Shown in pieces: positions 17,500-28,087 of a DNA stretch of 28,870 nucleotides; within the stretch, counting starts at the first letter, position 1; each line of letters opens with the position of its first letter. The DNA is from Balneolales bacterium (GTDB taxonomy: Bacteria > Bacteroidota > Rhodothermia > Balneolales > DATFMH01), in the NCBI GenBank assembly GCA_035267005.1, contig DATFMK010000207.1:1-28870 (forward strand), given 5' to 3'. The position numbers and the translations under genes were made by a program. The notes beneath the pieces were generated by a model. That model searched no databases. It was given only the letters and a program-made list of their open reading frames with translations, and was not told the origin of the DNA.

Positions 17500-17877
17500 A
17501 TGGAATATCAAAATATAAAACCAATTACAATCATCCGTTGGCTCGCACGTATAACCGCGGCCTTCTTCTTCATCTTTATCCTGGCGTTCGCTATTGAACA
17601 AAAAGTGGACCCGTTTTCCATGGGATCTCATGAACTGACTTTAACAATTTCATTTTCCGTAATGTGGCTGGGATTTATCATAGCAATATTCAGGGAAGGC
17701 GTTGGCGGTCTTTTGATTATAGCCGGAATTTTATCTTTTTACCTCTTCAGTTTTATTTTTTCAGGATTCCTGCCACAAGGATTACCACTCTTCGTGTTAA
17801 TAAGTCCGGGTGTTTTATTCACCATTGTCTGGTTACATGACAAATACGGTAACAACAGAAGCCTGGCTAAAATTTAA
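17500..17877 (+). CDS. Hypothetical four-helix membrane protein
   Basis: IIRWLARI...REGVGGLLII...SPGVLF; four hydrophobic segments. Confidence 0.7.
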   Translation: MEYQNIKPITIIRWLARITAAFFFIFILAFAIEQKVDPFSMGSHELTLTISFSVMWLGFIIAIFREGVGGLLIIAGILSFYLFSFIFSGFLPQGLPLFVLISPGVLFTIVWLHDKYGNNRSLAKI

Positions 17878-18107
17878 CTGTTCAATCAAATCTACTGACC
17901 ATTTATTATAGATCCTCTCATTTTTCGATATGGATTGGATATAGTGCATTTTACTATACTCAGTAATTATTTTCGGTATATACCGTTCGTTCGATTATAA
18001 TTATATGTTTTTCCAGTCTCCATTTCTTACAAGCGAACGTTATATTCATTCAATTCATTTTATAAACAGTCAATAAACAGTAATCGAAAAACTATTACCC
18101 AAGTATT

Positions 18108-19106
18108 ATGAAATATCGTTTTTTAGGATCATCAGGACTAAAAGTATCTGCATTATCATACGGAGCATGGGTCACATTCGGAGATCAGATTGGTGAAGAT
18201 GTTGCTTATGAATCTATGAAAAGAGCTTATGATGCCGGAGTCAACTTTTTTGATAATGCGGAAGCCTATTCTTCAGGTACCGCTGAAAAAATGATGGGGA
18301 ATATTATAAAAAAAACCGGCTGGAAAAGATCCGGCCTGGTCGTGTCCACAAAAATCTTTTGGGGTGGCAATGGACCAAACGATCGCGGTTTGTCACGCAA
18401 ACATATTATTGAAGGAACAAATGCTTCATTGAAACGTTTGCAATTGGATTATGTGGACTTGATTTTCTGTCATCGCCCGGATAAACATACTCCGATTGAA
18501 GAAACCGTACGAGCCATGGATCATGTAATCAATCAGGGAAAGGCTTTGTACTGGGGAACGAGCGAATGGAGCGCCGAGCAGATTCGTCAGGCTTATGAAA
18601 TTGCCCGCCGCGAACATCTTATAACACCTACCATGGAACAATCGCAGTATAACATGCTGCACAGAGAGAAACTGGAAAAAGAATTTACACGATTGTATGA
18701 TGAAATCGGCTTGGGAACTACCATTTTTAGTCCTTTGGCCAGCGGTTTATTGACCGGAAAATATAATGACGGAATACCGAAAGACAGCCGGGCATCGCTT
18801 GATAAATATGAATGGCTGCGGGAACGATTTGAAAGTGAAGAAGGACGTAAAAAAATTGAAAAGGTAAGAAGGTTACAACCTATCGCCGACGATCTGGGTG
18901 CCTCCATGGCACAAATGGCCATAGCATGGTGCCTGAAAAACAAAAATGTCAGTACGGTTATTACCGGTGCTTCCAGACCGGAACAGGTTGATCAGAATAT
19001 GAAAGCAATGGATGTAGTCGATCAACTAACACCCGATGTTATGGAGCGTATTGAAGATGCACTGGACAACAAACCCAAACCGGTATTCGATTTTCGCAAT
19101 TTATGA
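18108..19106 (+). CDS. Aldo/keto reductase, Kv-beta-like subfamily
   Basis: [55 protein letters not shown]. Confidence 0.93.
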   Translation: MKYRFLGSSGLKVSALSYGAWVTFGDQIGEDVAYESMKRAYDAGVNFFDNAEAYSSGTAEKMMGNIIKKTGWKRSGLVVSTKIFWGGNGPNDRGLSRKHIIEGTNASLKRLQLDYVDLIFCHRPDKHTPIEETVRAMDHVINQGKALYWGTSEWSAEQIRQAYEIARREHLITPTMEQSQYNMLHREKLEKEFTRLYDEIGLGTTIFSPLASGLLTGKYNDGIPKDSRASLDKYEWLRERFESEEGRKKIEKVRRLQPIADDLGASMAQMAIAWCLKNKNVSTVITGASRPEQVDQNMKAMDVVDQLTPDVMERIEDALDNKPKPVFDFRNL

Positions 19107-19142
19107 TAACATAAAGATACCGGAGAAGTTTATTACAGTAAA

Positions 19143-19174
19143 CAAAGGGATGTTTTTAACAGAACTTCCCTTTG
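19143..19174 (+). terminator. Possible terminator hairpin after the aldo/keto reductase gene
   Basis: CAAAGGGA ... TCCCTTTG stem with a weak T tail. Confidence 0.35.
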
Positions 19175-19303
19175 CTTGTGATATGATTATTGAAAATTAG
19201 AACATTAGCGAATTTGAGTTGTTTTTAATTATTACTCATGGCTCTTGGATTTTTCCGACTTCTTTTTTTAAGATTCATCACTGACATATCATCATTTCGA
19301 TAA

Positions 19304-19948
19304 ATGATCCACATTAAGATTTGTTGTATAGCTAATATTTACGAAGCACAAATGGCTATTGATCATGGCGCTTCTGCAATCGGACTCGTATCTGCAATGC
19401 CAAGCGGACCGGGTGTGATTGAGGAAAAATTAATAAAGAATATTGCGGCACAGGTTCCCAAATCGATATCGACTTTCCTGCTGACATCCAAAGTGAATCC
19501 TGATGATATAATTCAACAACATCGATATTGTAGTACTACAACCTTGCAAATAGTCGATTCCCTGCCGGACTATGCTTACCCGGTTCTGAAAGAGAAATTA
19601 CCGGATGTAAAGCTTGTACAGGTGATACATATTAGAAACGAGAACTCTGTTGAACGGGCGATAACTATTGCTCCACATGTAGATATGTTATTATTAGATT
19701 CTGGTAATCCCGACTTAAAAGTCAAGGAATTAGGCGGAACGGGCCGAACCCATAATTGGAATTTGAGCAAGGAAATCGTTGCATCAGTAGATAAACCCGT
19801 CTTTCTCGCCGGTGGTTTAAACCCGGAAAACGCACGGGAAGCAGTGGACTATGTAAAGCCTTATGGATTAGATGTGTGCAGCGGTGTCCGGACAAACGGA
19901 AAGCTGGATAAGATTAAACTTTACAATTTTATGAAGGCCGTATCATAA
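19304..19948 (+). CDS. trpF: Phosphoribosylanthranilate isomerase (stand-alone TrpF-like)
   Basis: IKICCI, LLLDSG, GGTG...HNW, FLAGGLNPEN, GLDVCSGV. Confidence 0.85.
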   Translation: MIHIKICCIANIYEAQMAIDHGASAIGLVSAMPSGPGVIEEKLIKNIAAQVPKSISTFLLTSKVNPDDIIQQHRYCSTTTLQIVDSLPDYAYPVLKEKLPDVKLVQVIHIRNENSVERAITIAPHVDMLLLDSGNPDLKVKELGGTGRTHNWNLSKEIVASVDKPVFLAGGLNPENAREAVDYVKPYGLDVCSGVRTNGKLDKIKLYNFMKAVS

Positions 19949-20018
19949 TTATTATTTTAAAGTCTGATCATTATTTGTAACACTATCAAGTAAATAATCT
20001 TTTAACAATTCTGACCCT

Positions 20019-20510
20019 ATGAAGAAAGCCATTATAACCTCTGTTCCTTTTGCTACAATCATGACGATTTTTTTCTACTTTTTTAATAGCAATGGAACAG
20101 TATCTGCCATAATTGCCGGATTATTATCAGCAGCTATTTATATAGTTTTTCTTCGATTAATGGCACGCCTTCTTTATAACAATATTAAAAAAAGGGTATT
20201 GCTGAAACCCTATGATAATGAAGAGATTATATTCGAATCACCCGCCAATCATTTTATGAATAAAGAAGCCGTGGGTGGACTCCTTTGTTTTACAAATCAA
20301 CGAATCGTTTTTCAATCCCATAATCTCAATATTCAAAATGATAAATGGGAAATTAGAACGACTGATATTACCAGGGTTTCTGAAAATAAAAAATGGGGCA
20401 TTATCCCAAATGGGCTTTTAATTGAAACGGGAAAGAAGAATCCGGAAAAATTTGTTGTAGATGAACCTGATAAATGGGTCCGTCTTCTAAATCAAATAAT
20501 TGATAAGTGA
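20019..20510 (+). CDS. Membrane protein with GRAM/PH-like domain
   Basis: Two TM helices followed by ANHF...EAVGGLLCFTNQRIVFQSH. Confidence 0.65.
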   Translation: MKKAIITSVPFATIMTIFFYFFNSNGTVSAIIAGLLSAAIYIVFLRLMARLLYNNIKKRVLLKPYDNEEIIFESPANHFMNKEAVGGLLCFTNQRIVFQSHNLNIQNDKWEIRTTDITRVSENKKWGIIPNGLLIETGKKNPEKFVVDEPDKWVRLLNQIIDK

Positions 20511-21256
20511 TGAACAGCAAGACAATTTCATCTGAACTGACTGGTAAAACAGCACTCATCACAGGGAGCAGTCGTGGTATTGGCAGGGCCATAACCAAAG
20601 TACTGGCTAATAGCGGCCTGAACGTCGTTATTAATTATAATCGTAGCCGGGAATCTGCCAACCCACTGTTAGAAGAAATTGAAGCTCAAGACGGTTCTGC
20701 TATCGTTGTCCGGGCGGATGTTTCAAAGACGGAGGATATAAAACGTCTGATTAAAGAATCGATTGATGCATATAACGGAATCGATATTCTGATTAATAAC
20801 GCAGCTATTGCTATTAAACAGGATATGGATTCCATAACCGAAAAAGATTGGGATCATGTTATTGATACTAATTTGAAATCGGTTTTCCTGGTTACTCAGA
20901 TGGTTTTACCTCAAATGCGAAAAAAACAATGGGGACGTATAATCAATCTCAGTTCTGTAGCCGCTTTTACCGGTGGACTCGTTGGTCCACACTACACTGC
21001 TTCAAAAGCCGGTATCATTGGCTTAACCCGGTATTATGCTGCGCGCCTGGCTAAAGAAAATATTACTGTCAATGCCATAGCCCCGGCCATCATAGAGACG
21101 GAGATGGTAAAACAAGCTAACCTCAACCCGGATGTAATACCCGTCGGACGTTTTGGTCAACCCGAAGAAGTAGCCAATCTCGCATTAATGCTTACTCGTA
21201 ATGGTTATATAACCGGTCAAACGTTCAATGTTGACGGCGGTTTGTATTTCAAATAA
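20507..21256 (+). CDS. Short-chain dehydrogenase/reductase, FabG-like
   Basis: TGSSRGIG, NNA, NLSS, YTASK, VNAIAPA, ITGQTFNVDGG; start may be ATG 20510. Confidence 0.9.
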   Translation: MMNSKTISSELTGKTALITGSSRGIGRAITKVLANSGLNVVINYNRSRESANPLLEEIEAQDGSAIVVRADVSKTEDIKRLIKESIDAYNGIDILINNAAIAIKQDMDSITEKDWDHVIDTNLKSVFLVTQMVLPQMRKKQWGRIINLSSVAAFTGGLVGPHYTASKAGIIGLTRYYAARLAKENITVNAIAPAIIETEMVKQANLNPDVIPVGRFGQPEEVANLALMLTRNGYITGQTFNVDGGLYFK

Positions 21257-21404
21257 GTAGTGTTAGAAATGAATTAACTACCCATCACGCCATGCTCTTT
21301 GCTCAATCCTAAAACTGATCACATTATATTACATAACAATATTTTAGCGTTTTAATAGTCATATATATTAATTGCATAATGGTCAACAAACTAAAATAAA
21401 AGTC

Positions 21405-21755
21405 ATGGAATCTTTGCGGGAAAACATTAAATCATTACTTATTGATGAGCTGGGAACTACCAATAAGGAAGAAAATAAACACCTCATTGAGAATATTGAT
21501 CATCCTTACCTGGAAAAAGCTATCCAAAATATGGACAGCAAATTACGAACACGAAAAATTCTCGCCCTTATATGTGTAATCCTGGCTCTTTTATGTTCGA
21601 TAGTGGTAGGCTATAACTATTATCAAATCGGTTTGGGCCTTCATGTCATTATCCTGCTATTTTTGAGTATTGCTTTGGCGGCAACAGCCGGATATGAAGC
21701 CACTGAGATGAGTAAACGGGCTGTTATCTATAAGATCTTACATGAATTATCCTAA
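21405..21755 (+). CDS. Hypothetical membrane protein
   Basis: ATG 21405 preferred over the track's TTG 21372; two C-terminal TM helices. Confidence 0.6.
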   Translation: MESLRENIKSLLIDELGTTNKEENKHLIENIDHPYLEKAIQNMDSKLRTRKILALICVILALLCSIVVGYNYYQIGLGLHVIILLFLSIALAATAGYEATEMSKRAVIYKILHELS

Positions 21756-21768
21756 TGATATATTTAAA

Positions 21769-21864
21769 TCCGCCTGATAATTTAAGTTGGCGGAAGTAAA
21801 TAAGAAAGGCTCCAAATACAACAACTCCACCTGTCATGCAGGCGGAGTTGTCAGAGTGGAGCCT
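21769..21864. terminator. Two hairpins between convergent genes (bidirectional terminator or REP-like)
   Basis: TCCGCC..GGCGGA (21769-21794); AGGCTCC..GGAGCCT (21807-21864) enclosing ACAACTCCACCTG/CAGGCGGAGTTGT. Confidence 0.55.
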
Positions 21865-21879
21865 ATCTACCTTGCTCTC

Positions 21880-22251
21880 TTAAGAAGCCTGTTCTGGTTG
21901 CTTCTCTAAAAGAATATCATCGATAGCTTTGATAAACGATTTCTTAGGTAAGGCACCCATGGCCATTTGTGGTTGGCCTTCCTTGGGACAAAACAGAATA
22001 GAAGGAATGCTGCGAATACCAAACATACCCGCTAATTCCTGTTGTTCTTCGGTATTAACCTTGTAGATATTTATTTTACCTTCATATTCTTTGGCAAGTT
22101 CTTCAAGAATTGGAGCGATCATTTTACAAGGCTGGCACCAATCTGCATAAAAATCGATAAGGCAAGGTAGATCCCCTTCGAACTTCCAGTCCTTGTTGTC
22201 GTCAAAATTGAAGACTTTTTCTTTAAATGTTTCTTTTGTTAAATGTTCCAT
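21880..22251 (-). CDS. trxA: Thioredoxin
   Basis: The protein MEHLTKETF...DFYADWCQPCK is encoded on the minus strand (CAT at 22249-22251, TTA at 21880-21882). The track's + label is wrong. Confidence 0.93.
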   Translation of the reverse strand: MEHLTKETFKEKVFNFDDNKDWKFEGDLPCLIDFYADWCQPCKMIAPILEELAKEYEGKINIYKVNTEEQQELAGMFGIRSIPSILFCPKEGQPQMAMGALPKKSFIKAIDDILLEKQPEQAS

Positions 22252-22636
22252 AGTACGTTGTATTTATTCCTTTCAAATGTTTTCGAAAATATAATAAATT
22301 TTCAACTAAATTACCATTCAGTTATTTAGTAATTTATATATCTAACGAACAGGATTCGATTTTATTGAATTTCATTCCCCTCGCATAAGATATCCGGATA
22401 AAACGACCGTTTGTTTTAACTCAACAATACCAATGACAAACTAAGCAGATTGTTTAACATATTCAGGTATAAAAATTGTTATGTTCCCCAAATCTCTCAC
22501 ATCAATAATAGTTATATCATTTGTCCTTAAGACTCCGTCTTTATAAATCCTTCATCTGAAAGTAGTACGTTCTCTGAACAGTCAGGCGATTCAAGGACAT
22601 GTAAATGAACAAACATATAAAAAAGACCAATCAATC

Positions 22637-22993
22637 ATGAAATTTTATAGTAGAAAATGGATTAAACCCGTTGACTTAAACGCTAATGACTCCCTCTTTG
22701 GCGGCAGCATATTAAAATGGATAGATGAGGAAGCGGCTATTTATGTAAGTTGCCAATTAGATAAGGCCAGGGTTGTGACTAAATATATGTCAGAAATCAA
22801 TTTTGTCCACTCGGCTAAAAAGGGAGATGTCATAGAGATTGGAATGGAAACTGTTAATTTTGGCAGGACCTCCATCACGGTTTCTTGCGAAGTACGCAAT
22901 AAATTTACACATGATACAATCATTACTATCGATAAGATTGTATTTGTTAATGTTGATGAGAATGGAAGGCCACAACCCCATAATAAACAGTAA
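22637..22993 (+). CDS. Acyl-CoA thioesterase (hotdog fold, YciA-like)
   Basis: DLNANDSLFGGSILKWIDEEA...NFGRTSITV...VFVNVDENGRP. Confidence 0.9.
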   Translation: MKFYSRKWIKPVDLNANDSLFGGSILKWIDEEAAIYVSCQLDKARVVTKYMSEINFVHSAKKGDVIEIGMETVNFGRTSITVSCEVRNKFTHDTIITIDKIVFVNVDENGRPQPHNKQ

Positions 22994-23201
22994 CTACTAC
23001 GAATAGTATTATTTGTGGCTGCTAATCATTCTTTGTTCAAGTATTCTGGAATCGCTTTCCCAGTCTTTTATTTTATCTATTATTAGTCATTATTTAAGTA
23101 TTATGTTATCAATTAATAATTTAATCCTACTCTTATATTTTATATTATAATTGTATAAGTAATTATTTCATTGAGGGTTATTTTACTTTAGTATTTATAA
23201 A

Positions 23202-23960
23202 ATGAATTATTTATATCGAGGGGGAATTTATTTAGCACTTTTTATATTCTTTCCTGTTATCACGTTTGCACAATCAAGAAATACGTTGGAATTCGGCAGT
23301 GGATTACTTCTTCAGGGTAACAGGAATCATTTAATATCACCTTTGCGATATACCGGTTCCACATTACCTGTATCTGCAGGTTACCGACGGGAGAAATCAA
23401 AATATTCCATCACCATAGAAGGCTTTTTCAGTGACCATAAATTGCATTCCGGCCTTTCATCCGGTTACAATCATACACAAAAAGATCTCGATGCACGTTT
23501 ACGAATTGGGTACCTCAGAAATATAGCATCTTTTGGAGGCGGCAAAGGTATGTTTATCATTGGTGCCTATCATGATGTGATGTTAAATTTACAAAAACAG
23601 TATTATACCCCTGATGACATCGAACATTTTATAGATGTTTCTGTCTCCCTTGTAGATATAGCATCAGGTTTTCGTTATAATCTTTCTTCCAATCATATTT
23701 TTCATGATATATTTGATATCACAATTTTAAATTTAGGCCTTCGCACTCCTTATTTCGGATTGCGGCGGAATTTAGATACTTATTTTGAATTTCCCGGTCA
23801 ATTTTTCAAAATAACAGAGAAGTTCTCATATCAATACCGGTTCTCCCGTTTTATAAACCTCAGGGTATTATATCTCTTTACTTATTATCGTTACAAAACC
23901 CCCTTCCATAACAGGTCATTATACCAAAATGTTTTGATACGGTTTGGAGTACGTATTTGA
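23202..23960 (+). CDS. Putative outer-membrane beta-barrel protein
   Basis: Signal peptide, alternating aromatic strands, C-terminal LIRFGVRI. Confidence 0.6.
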   Translation: MNYLYRGGIYLALFIFFPVITFAQSRNTLEFGSGLLLQGNRNHLISPLRYTGSTLPVSAGYRREKSKYSITIEGFFSDHKLHSGLSSGYNHTQKDLDARLRIGYLRNIASFGGGKGMFIIGAYHDVMLNLQKQYYTPDDIEHFIDVSVSLVDIASGFRYNLSSNHIFHDIFDITILNLGLRTPYFGLRRNLDTYFEFPGQFFKITEKFSYQYRFSRFINLRVLYLFTYYRYKTPFHNRSLYQNVLIRFGVRI

Positions 23961-24991
23961 GATTCCTGAAAGCTCATATCATTGCACCCATCTTAATTAT
24001 CATGATATTTATATCATGTACCGATATTTTCATACCTAAAGACAATCCCGATACACCCATTTATAATTTTGACACATTATGGAAGGAATTTGACAATCAT
24101 TATTCATTTTTCATCTATAAGAATATTAATTGGGATTCACTATATACCATTTACCGGCCAAAAGTAACATTACAGACCAGTGATCCTCAATTATTTGGTA
24201 TAATGGCCTCCCTGTTGTCGCATCTTCATGACGGCCATATCATCCTGAAATCCCCATTTGATATTTATGCTTATGAGGGCTGGTACTTAAATTACAATCA
24301 GGTATTCGACCTAAGCTTGATACAAAGTGATTATTTAAACGGCGACTACACTATTACCCCAAGCCGTAAGATGTTATTTGGTCAACTTATCCCGTCTGTC
24401 GGTTATATCTATATCATATCATTTAATGGTGTCAACTGGACTTCTGAAATGGATAACATACTTCAGAACCTCAACTTAGACAGGGGATTGATTATTGATA
24501 TACGAAATAACGGGGGCGGCAATGATGAAAATATGTTGAAAATTGCCGGACGCTTTACATCTGAAAAAAAATTCTTCCGTATTATCAGATACCGTAACGG
24601 ACCTGATCACTCAGATTTTTCCAAACCATATAAGGGATATGTTAGTCCCGCGGGGAAGCAACATTATGCCGGTAATATCGCTCTTTTAACAAATAGGGGC
24701 GTTTTTAGTGCTGCCGAGAGTTTTGTTTTAGCAATGAAATCTAATCCATATGTTACGACCATTGGGGATACAACCGGTGGCGGTTCCGCCAACCCAATAA
24801 ACAGAGAACTACCAAATGGGTGGACCTATAAAATATCTACCTGGATTGAATCTACTCCAGAAGGCGAGGTTTTTGAAGGAAAAGGAATACCCCCCGATAT
24901 CGCTTTACCCAAATCCATTTATAATCAAAGTGGATCCAGGGATTATATATTAGAATCCGCCTTACAATATCTTAATAATCTGCCAAACTGA
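23957..24991 (+). CDS. S41-family peptidase lipoprotein (Tricorn C1 + S41)
   Basis: TTG start overlapping the upstream stop; lipobox FISC; LHDGH, IIDIRNNGGG, FSAAESF, IGDTTGGG, EGKGIPPDI. Confidence 0.9.
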   Translation: MRFLKAHIIAPILIIMIFISCTDIFIPKDNPDTPIYNFDTLWKEFDNHYSFFIYKNINWDSLYTIYRPKVTLQTSDPQLFGIMASLLSHLHDGHIILKSPFDIYAYEGWYLNYNQVFDLSLIQSDYLNGDYTITPSRKMLFGQLIPSVGYIYIISFNGVNWTSEMDNILQNLNLDRGLIIDIRNNGGGNDENMLKIAGRFTSEKKFFRIIRYRNGPDHSDFSKPYKGYVSPAGKQHYAGNIALLTNRGVFSAAESFVLAMKSNPYVTTIGDTTGGGSANPINRELPNGWTYKISTWIESTPEGEVFEGKGIPPDIALPKSIYNQSGSRDYILESALQYLNNLPN

Positions 24992-25124
24992 ACAAAAATT
25001 TCAATAAATTACTATATAAGTATATTTTCATATCCTTAAATATTTATTATGTTTTCTGCGTCTAAATGACTATTATGATTATATATAGTCAAGAGACCTT
25101 TCTTTCTACATGGAGGTGATTTAA

Positions 25125-25400
25125 ATGCAAAAAATCGAGAGTGAATCTATAAAAAAAGCTCGTAATGATGTGGCCGCAATACAAAGTATCCTTCCCGGAT
25201 TAGGACATATTTATAAGGGGCATTACTATCAGGGGGTCATATGGATGATATTGTCTCCCGTAGTATTTTATGTCGGAGCCGTACTTTTCCTGGCAACCGG
25301 TGGACTCAGTACTCTATTTCCTTTGATTTATTGGTTTTTAGCCATTTTTAACGCTTATATTGCTGAAGATCACAGGAAACACCATATTGGTATCTTATAA
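25125..25400 (+). CDS. Small membrane protein (SILPGLGHIYKG motif)
   Basis: GGAGGT at 25112-25117; hydrophobic helices. Confidence 0.7.
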   Translation: MQKIESESIKKARNDVAAIQSILPGLGHIYKGHYYQGVIWMILSPVVFYVGAVLFLATGGLSTLFPLIYWFLAIFNAYIAEDHRKHHIGIL

Positions 25401-25423
25401 TAATCGCATATTAAAATCTAAAT

Positions 25424-25460
25424 AAAAGCCCGATATTTTTTTATATCGGGCTTTTTTTTT
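25424..25460 (+). terminator. Intrinsic terminator
   Basis: AAAAGCCCGATAT-T6-ATATCGGGCTTTT followed by a T run. Confidence 0.85.
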
Positions 25461-25573
25461 AGAACTCTAACAAGAAAATTCACATATTAATATTGTCACT
25501 AAACTGATCATTTTGCATTATTCACAAAATTTTTGGTCTATTAATAAAAAGGCTTAATAAAATCCTCTTAAAT

Positions 25574-26656
25574 ATGAGTAAAAGTGTTTACGCGGTTATT
25601 AAAGGCACTGGAAGTTACATTCCCAATAAAAAGGTTAAAAATTCGGACTTTCTTAAAAATCAGTTTTATCAGCCTGATGGTAATTCATTTACGAAATCCA
25701 ATCATGAAATAACGAAAAAACTAAAAGAAATTACGGATATAACAGAAAGGCGATATGTAACAGATGATCTTGTTACTTCAGATATCGCGTATTTTGCTGC
25801 CGGGAATGCACTCAAATCATCTGGTATAGATGGAGAAACTCTCGATTACATTATAGTGGCACATAACTTCGGTGATATAGCATCTGAAAACAGACATTCC
25901 GATTTTGTTCCTACGCTGGCTTCAAGGGTTAAGCACAAGCTTGGGATTCAAAATCCGGGTTGTATTCCATATGATTTGCCTTTCGGCTGTCCCGGGTGGC
26001 TGCAAGGGATGATCCAAGCTAACTATTATATAAAATCCGGCGATGCCAAACGGGTTATGGTAATCGGTTCCGAGACATTGTCACGCATATCGGATCCACA
26101 TGACCGTGATTGTATGATTTACTCCGATGGTGCCGGAGCAACAATCGTTGAAGCTTTAGAAAGTGATGAAGAAGTAGGTATACTAACACATTCTGTTCGA
26201 AACGATTCCGTCGACCAGGCCTTTATGCTCCGGATGTCTCAATCGTTTAATCCGGAATATACAGGAGACGAAATTTATCTTAAGATGGATGGTCATAAGT
26301 TGTATCAATATGCTCTTCGCCATGTACCGCAAGTGGTTAAAGATAGCATTGATAAAGCAGGATTATCTATCAAAGACATCAATAAAGTCTTGATACATCA
26401 AGCGAATGCCAAGATGGATGAAGCCATCCTGAGACGAACCTTTTCTCTCTATGATATCAATGATATTCCTGATGACATCATGCCTATGACCATATCGTGG
26501 CTTGGGAACAGTTCGGTAGCAACTATCCCCACCCTTCTCGACCTGATTAGCAAAGAGAAATTAGACGGCCATCATCTTCAACCGAAGTCTAATATCGTTT
26601 TTGCTTCAGTTGGAGCAGGCATGAATATTAATTCTGTTGTTTATCGAATTCCTTAA
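25574..26656 (+). CDS. fabH: 3-oxoacyl-ACP synthase III (FabH family)
   Basis: GTGSYIP, FGCPGW (Cys), IHQAN (His), GNSS (Asn), SVGAG. Confidence 0.88.
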   Translation: MSKSVYAVIKGTGSYIPNKKVKNSDFLKNQFYQPDGNSFTKSNHEITKKLKEITDITERRYVTDDLVTSDIAYFAAGNALKSSGIDGETLDYIIVAHNFGDIASENRHSDFVPTLASRVKHKLGIQNPGCIPYDLPFGCPGWLQGMIQANYYIKSGDAKRVMVIGSETLSRISDPHDRDCMIYSDGAGATIVEALESDEEVGILTHSVRNDSVDQAFMLRMSQSFNPEYTGDEIYLKMDGHKLYQYALRHVPQVVKDSIDKAGLSIKDINKVLIHQANAKMDEAILRRTFSLYDINDIPDDIMPMTISWLGNSSVATIPTLLDLISKEKLDGHHLQPKSNIVFASVGAGMNINSVVYRIP

Positions 26657-26662
26657 AAATAT

Positions 26663-27736
26663 TTATTGCTTTTTATAACCGGCCGGTACCTCGAATATCT
26701 TATCACCGAAATCGGCCGGTTTCAATTGAAGAACTTCGGTATAAAAGTGAATATCAGGGCCGGTCTCTTTCGGTTGCTCCAGCTTCTTCTTAACGACTTT
26801 TCTGGCAAAACGTCCAAATAGTTTTTTTACATTCGTGGTAGGTTTTACCTCATTCTCTTTTTTAGCTTCGTTTTCCTTTTGTGGATCAATAAAGAAGAAA
26901 CTACCGTCTATCACAACCGGATATCCTTTAATTTTATTCATCTCTTTAACTTCATCAGGCATATTAGTAGCTACAGGTTCACTTTCATCCTGCGATTGCT
27001 TCATTTTATTAAACAAAGTAACCCATTGTGTCCCGAGCATTTCTTTCTGTTGATCAGATATCTCAAAACCTAATTTCTTCATGTAGGCATCATTATATGC
27101 CATTTCATCTTTTTCAACATCCTGCATGTCACCGGTCAGAGGTGTCGTCCACACATTAGTCAATAAACTGTCGGTAACAGTCTCTTTGGTTTTAACATTT
27201 TCCCATACTGTAACCCATAAAACGGTGTATCGATTACAATTGAAACCATTAATTGATTTTTTGTCACTTGTATCTTCAACTTTGAATACTTTTCGAACAA
27301 GTTTAACATCACTCTCTTCCTTCTTTGTTTCAGGTTGAGCAGTTTGACTTTCTTCGGGTTCTGCCTGATTACCTACAGCAGTAGTATCAACAGTGTAATC
27401 TTCTGGTTGATATGGGGTTATAGGTATCACACGATATTCTTTTTTCTTGTGATCCATCTCGAAGATCTTCATATCAGGCAGATCTGTAATTTCGCTTTCA
27501 CTACCCGATTTCAAAAATAATTTGGCAATAGTATTATTTACAAAACCACTACCTTTAAAATCGGTATCACTATCTGTTCGCTTTTTGTCACCGTCTATTC
27601 TTGTCGTATTAACCGTTATATATTTCCCCAGATTCTTAAATGTTACTTCCGTTTTAACTTTTTTAATTGATTGAGCATAACTGTTTATAGCAGTAAAAAA
27701 TACGAGCATTACACCTAATACAAACTTCCCTAACAT
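26663..27736 (-). CDS. Secreted hypothetical protein (DUF4412-like)
   Basis: AAGGAGG at 27743-27749; signal peptide; KSINGFNCNRY and terminal IFEVPAGYKK. Confidence 0.7.
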   Translation of the reverse strand: MLGKFVLGVMLVFFTAINSYAQSIKKVKTEVTFKNLGKYITVNTTRIDGDKKRTDSDTDFKGSGFVNNTIAKLFLKSGSESEITDLPDMKIFEMDHKKKEYRVIPITPYQPEDYTVDTTAVGNQAEPEESQTAQPETKKEESDVKLVRKVFKVEDTSDKKSINGFNCNRYTVLWVTVWENVKTKETVTDSLLTNVWTTPLTGDMQDVEKDEMAYNDAYMKKLGFEISDQQKEMLGTQWVTLFNKMKQSQDESEPVATNMPDEVKEMNKIKGYPVVIDGSFFFIDPQKENEAKKENEVKPTTNVKKLFGRFARKVVKKKLEQPKETGPDIHFYTEVLQLKPADFGDKIFEVPAGYKKQ

Positions 27737-28087
27737 GGCGACCCTCCTTTAATTGATCTTATATTGAAACAATTAGTTATTTAATATATACAAATATCTT
27801 CTTGTTAATATATACACTAAGCACCTTTTTATCCTCAAAAATATCTCATAATAATTATTATTATGAGCTTATAATGGTTTTGGATGAGATTTATGCAATA
27901 TGCTTTATTATTGAAACACATCGCAGTATTAAGTATCGTAGACCTTTGTAAAGCTTATGACTAAAAAGGGGGAAACTTCCAATGGAACAAAAACATTGCT
28001 TTATCATTTATTTCCCCCTCTTAATAATTATGGCGTACATCATTTTTTAAAAAATGATGTAGTAATCCTTATTCAATACTGGCTTAT

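Noticed and set aside
21880-22251. ORF track lists the thioredoxin on the + strand
   Set aside because: The sequence shows CAT at 22249-22251 and TTA at 21880-21882; the listed protein is only obtained from the minus strand.
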